Of a DNA stretch of 64,000 bases, positions 63,668 to 64,000 are shown piece by piece. The notes below the pieces were generated by a model. It did no database searches. It was not told the DNA's origin and worked only from the letters and a program-made list of their open reading frames with translations. A program made the translations under genes and the position numbers. The DNA is from Camelus ferus (lineage: Eukaryota), in NCBI RefSeq assembly GCF_009834535.1, contig NC_045697.1, positions 4,900,001 through 4,964,000 of the forward strand, written 5' to 3'. Numbering within the stretch: position 1 is the stretch's first letter; every line of letters begins with the position of its first letter.

Positions 63668-64000
63668 TCTGCACCAACATGGATGGACCTAGAGATCATC
63701 CTACTAAGTGAAGTAAGTCAGACAGAGAAAGACAAGTATCGCATGTTATCACTTACATGTGGAATCTAAAAAGAGAAGCCAAATGAACTTGTTTACAAAA
63801 CAGAAACCTACTCGCAGACAAGAAAACAAACTGATGGTGACCAAAGGGGAAAGAGGGAGAAGGGATAAATTAGGAGCTCGGGATTAACAGATACAAACCA
63901 CTATACATAAAATAGATAAACAAGGTCCTACTGCACAGCACAGGGAACTATATTCGATGCCTTTTAATAAGCTATAATGAGAAAGAATATGTACACACAT
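63668..64000 (+). mobile_element. L1 3' end running off the window
   Basis: caacatggatggacctagagatcatcctactaagtgaagtaagtcagacagagaaagac...cacagggaactatatt. Confidence 0.88.

Overview
Mammalian genomic DNA, very probably camelid, judged from two vic-1-type tRNA-derived SINEs and no recognisable Alu, PRE-1 or Bov-tA copies. The window holds the 3' ends of two convergent genes. On the + strand are the last four coding exons of EVC2 (limbin) at 596-683, 8872-9068, 11644-11745 and 13608-13875, with AATAAA at 14304. On the - strand are the last six coding exons of the kinase STK32B (YANK2) at 61613-61716, 56859-56975, 54658-54783, 50056-50187, 48516-48580 and 31038-31176, with candidate poly(A) signals at 29323 and 29165. 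All junctions are GT-AG and the reading frames join correctly. Gene identities and repeat family names come from recognition and memory, not from a database search, and repeat boundaries are approximate. The rest is introns and a ~15 kb intergenic gap filled with L1, L2, MIR, MLT LTRs, DNA-transposon relics and simple repeats. Nearly all long ORFs in the track are noise. I find no convincing novel biological system. The best leads are an open alternative frame in the STK32B last exon reachable by skipping one exon, several motif-dense candidate developmental enhancers, tandem poly(A) sites with miRNA seeds, a higher-order triplet repeat beside the STK32B 3' end, and a MER41-like LTR.
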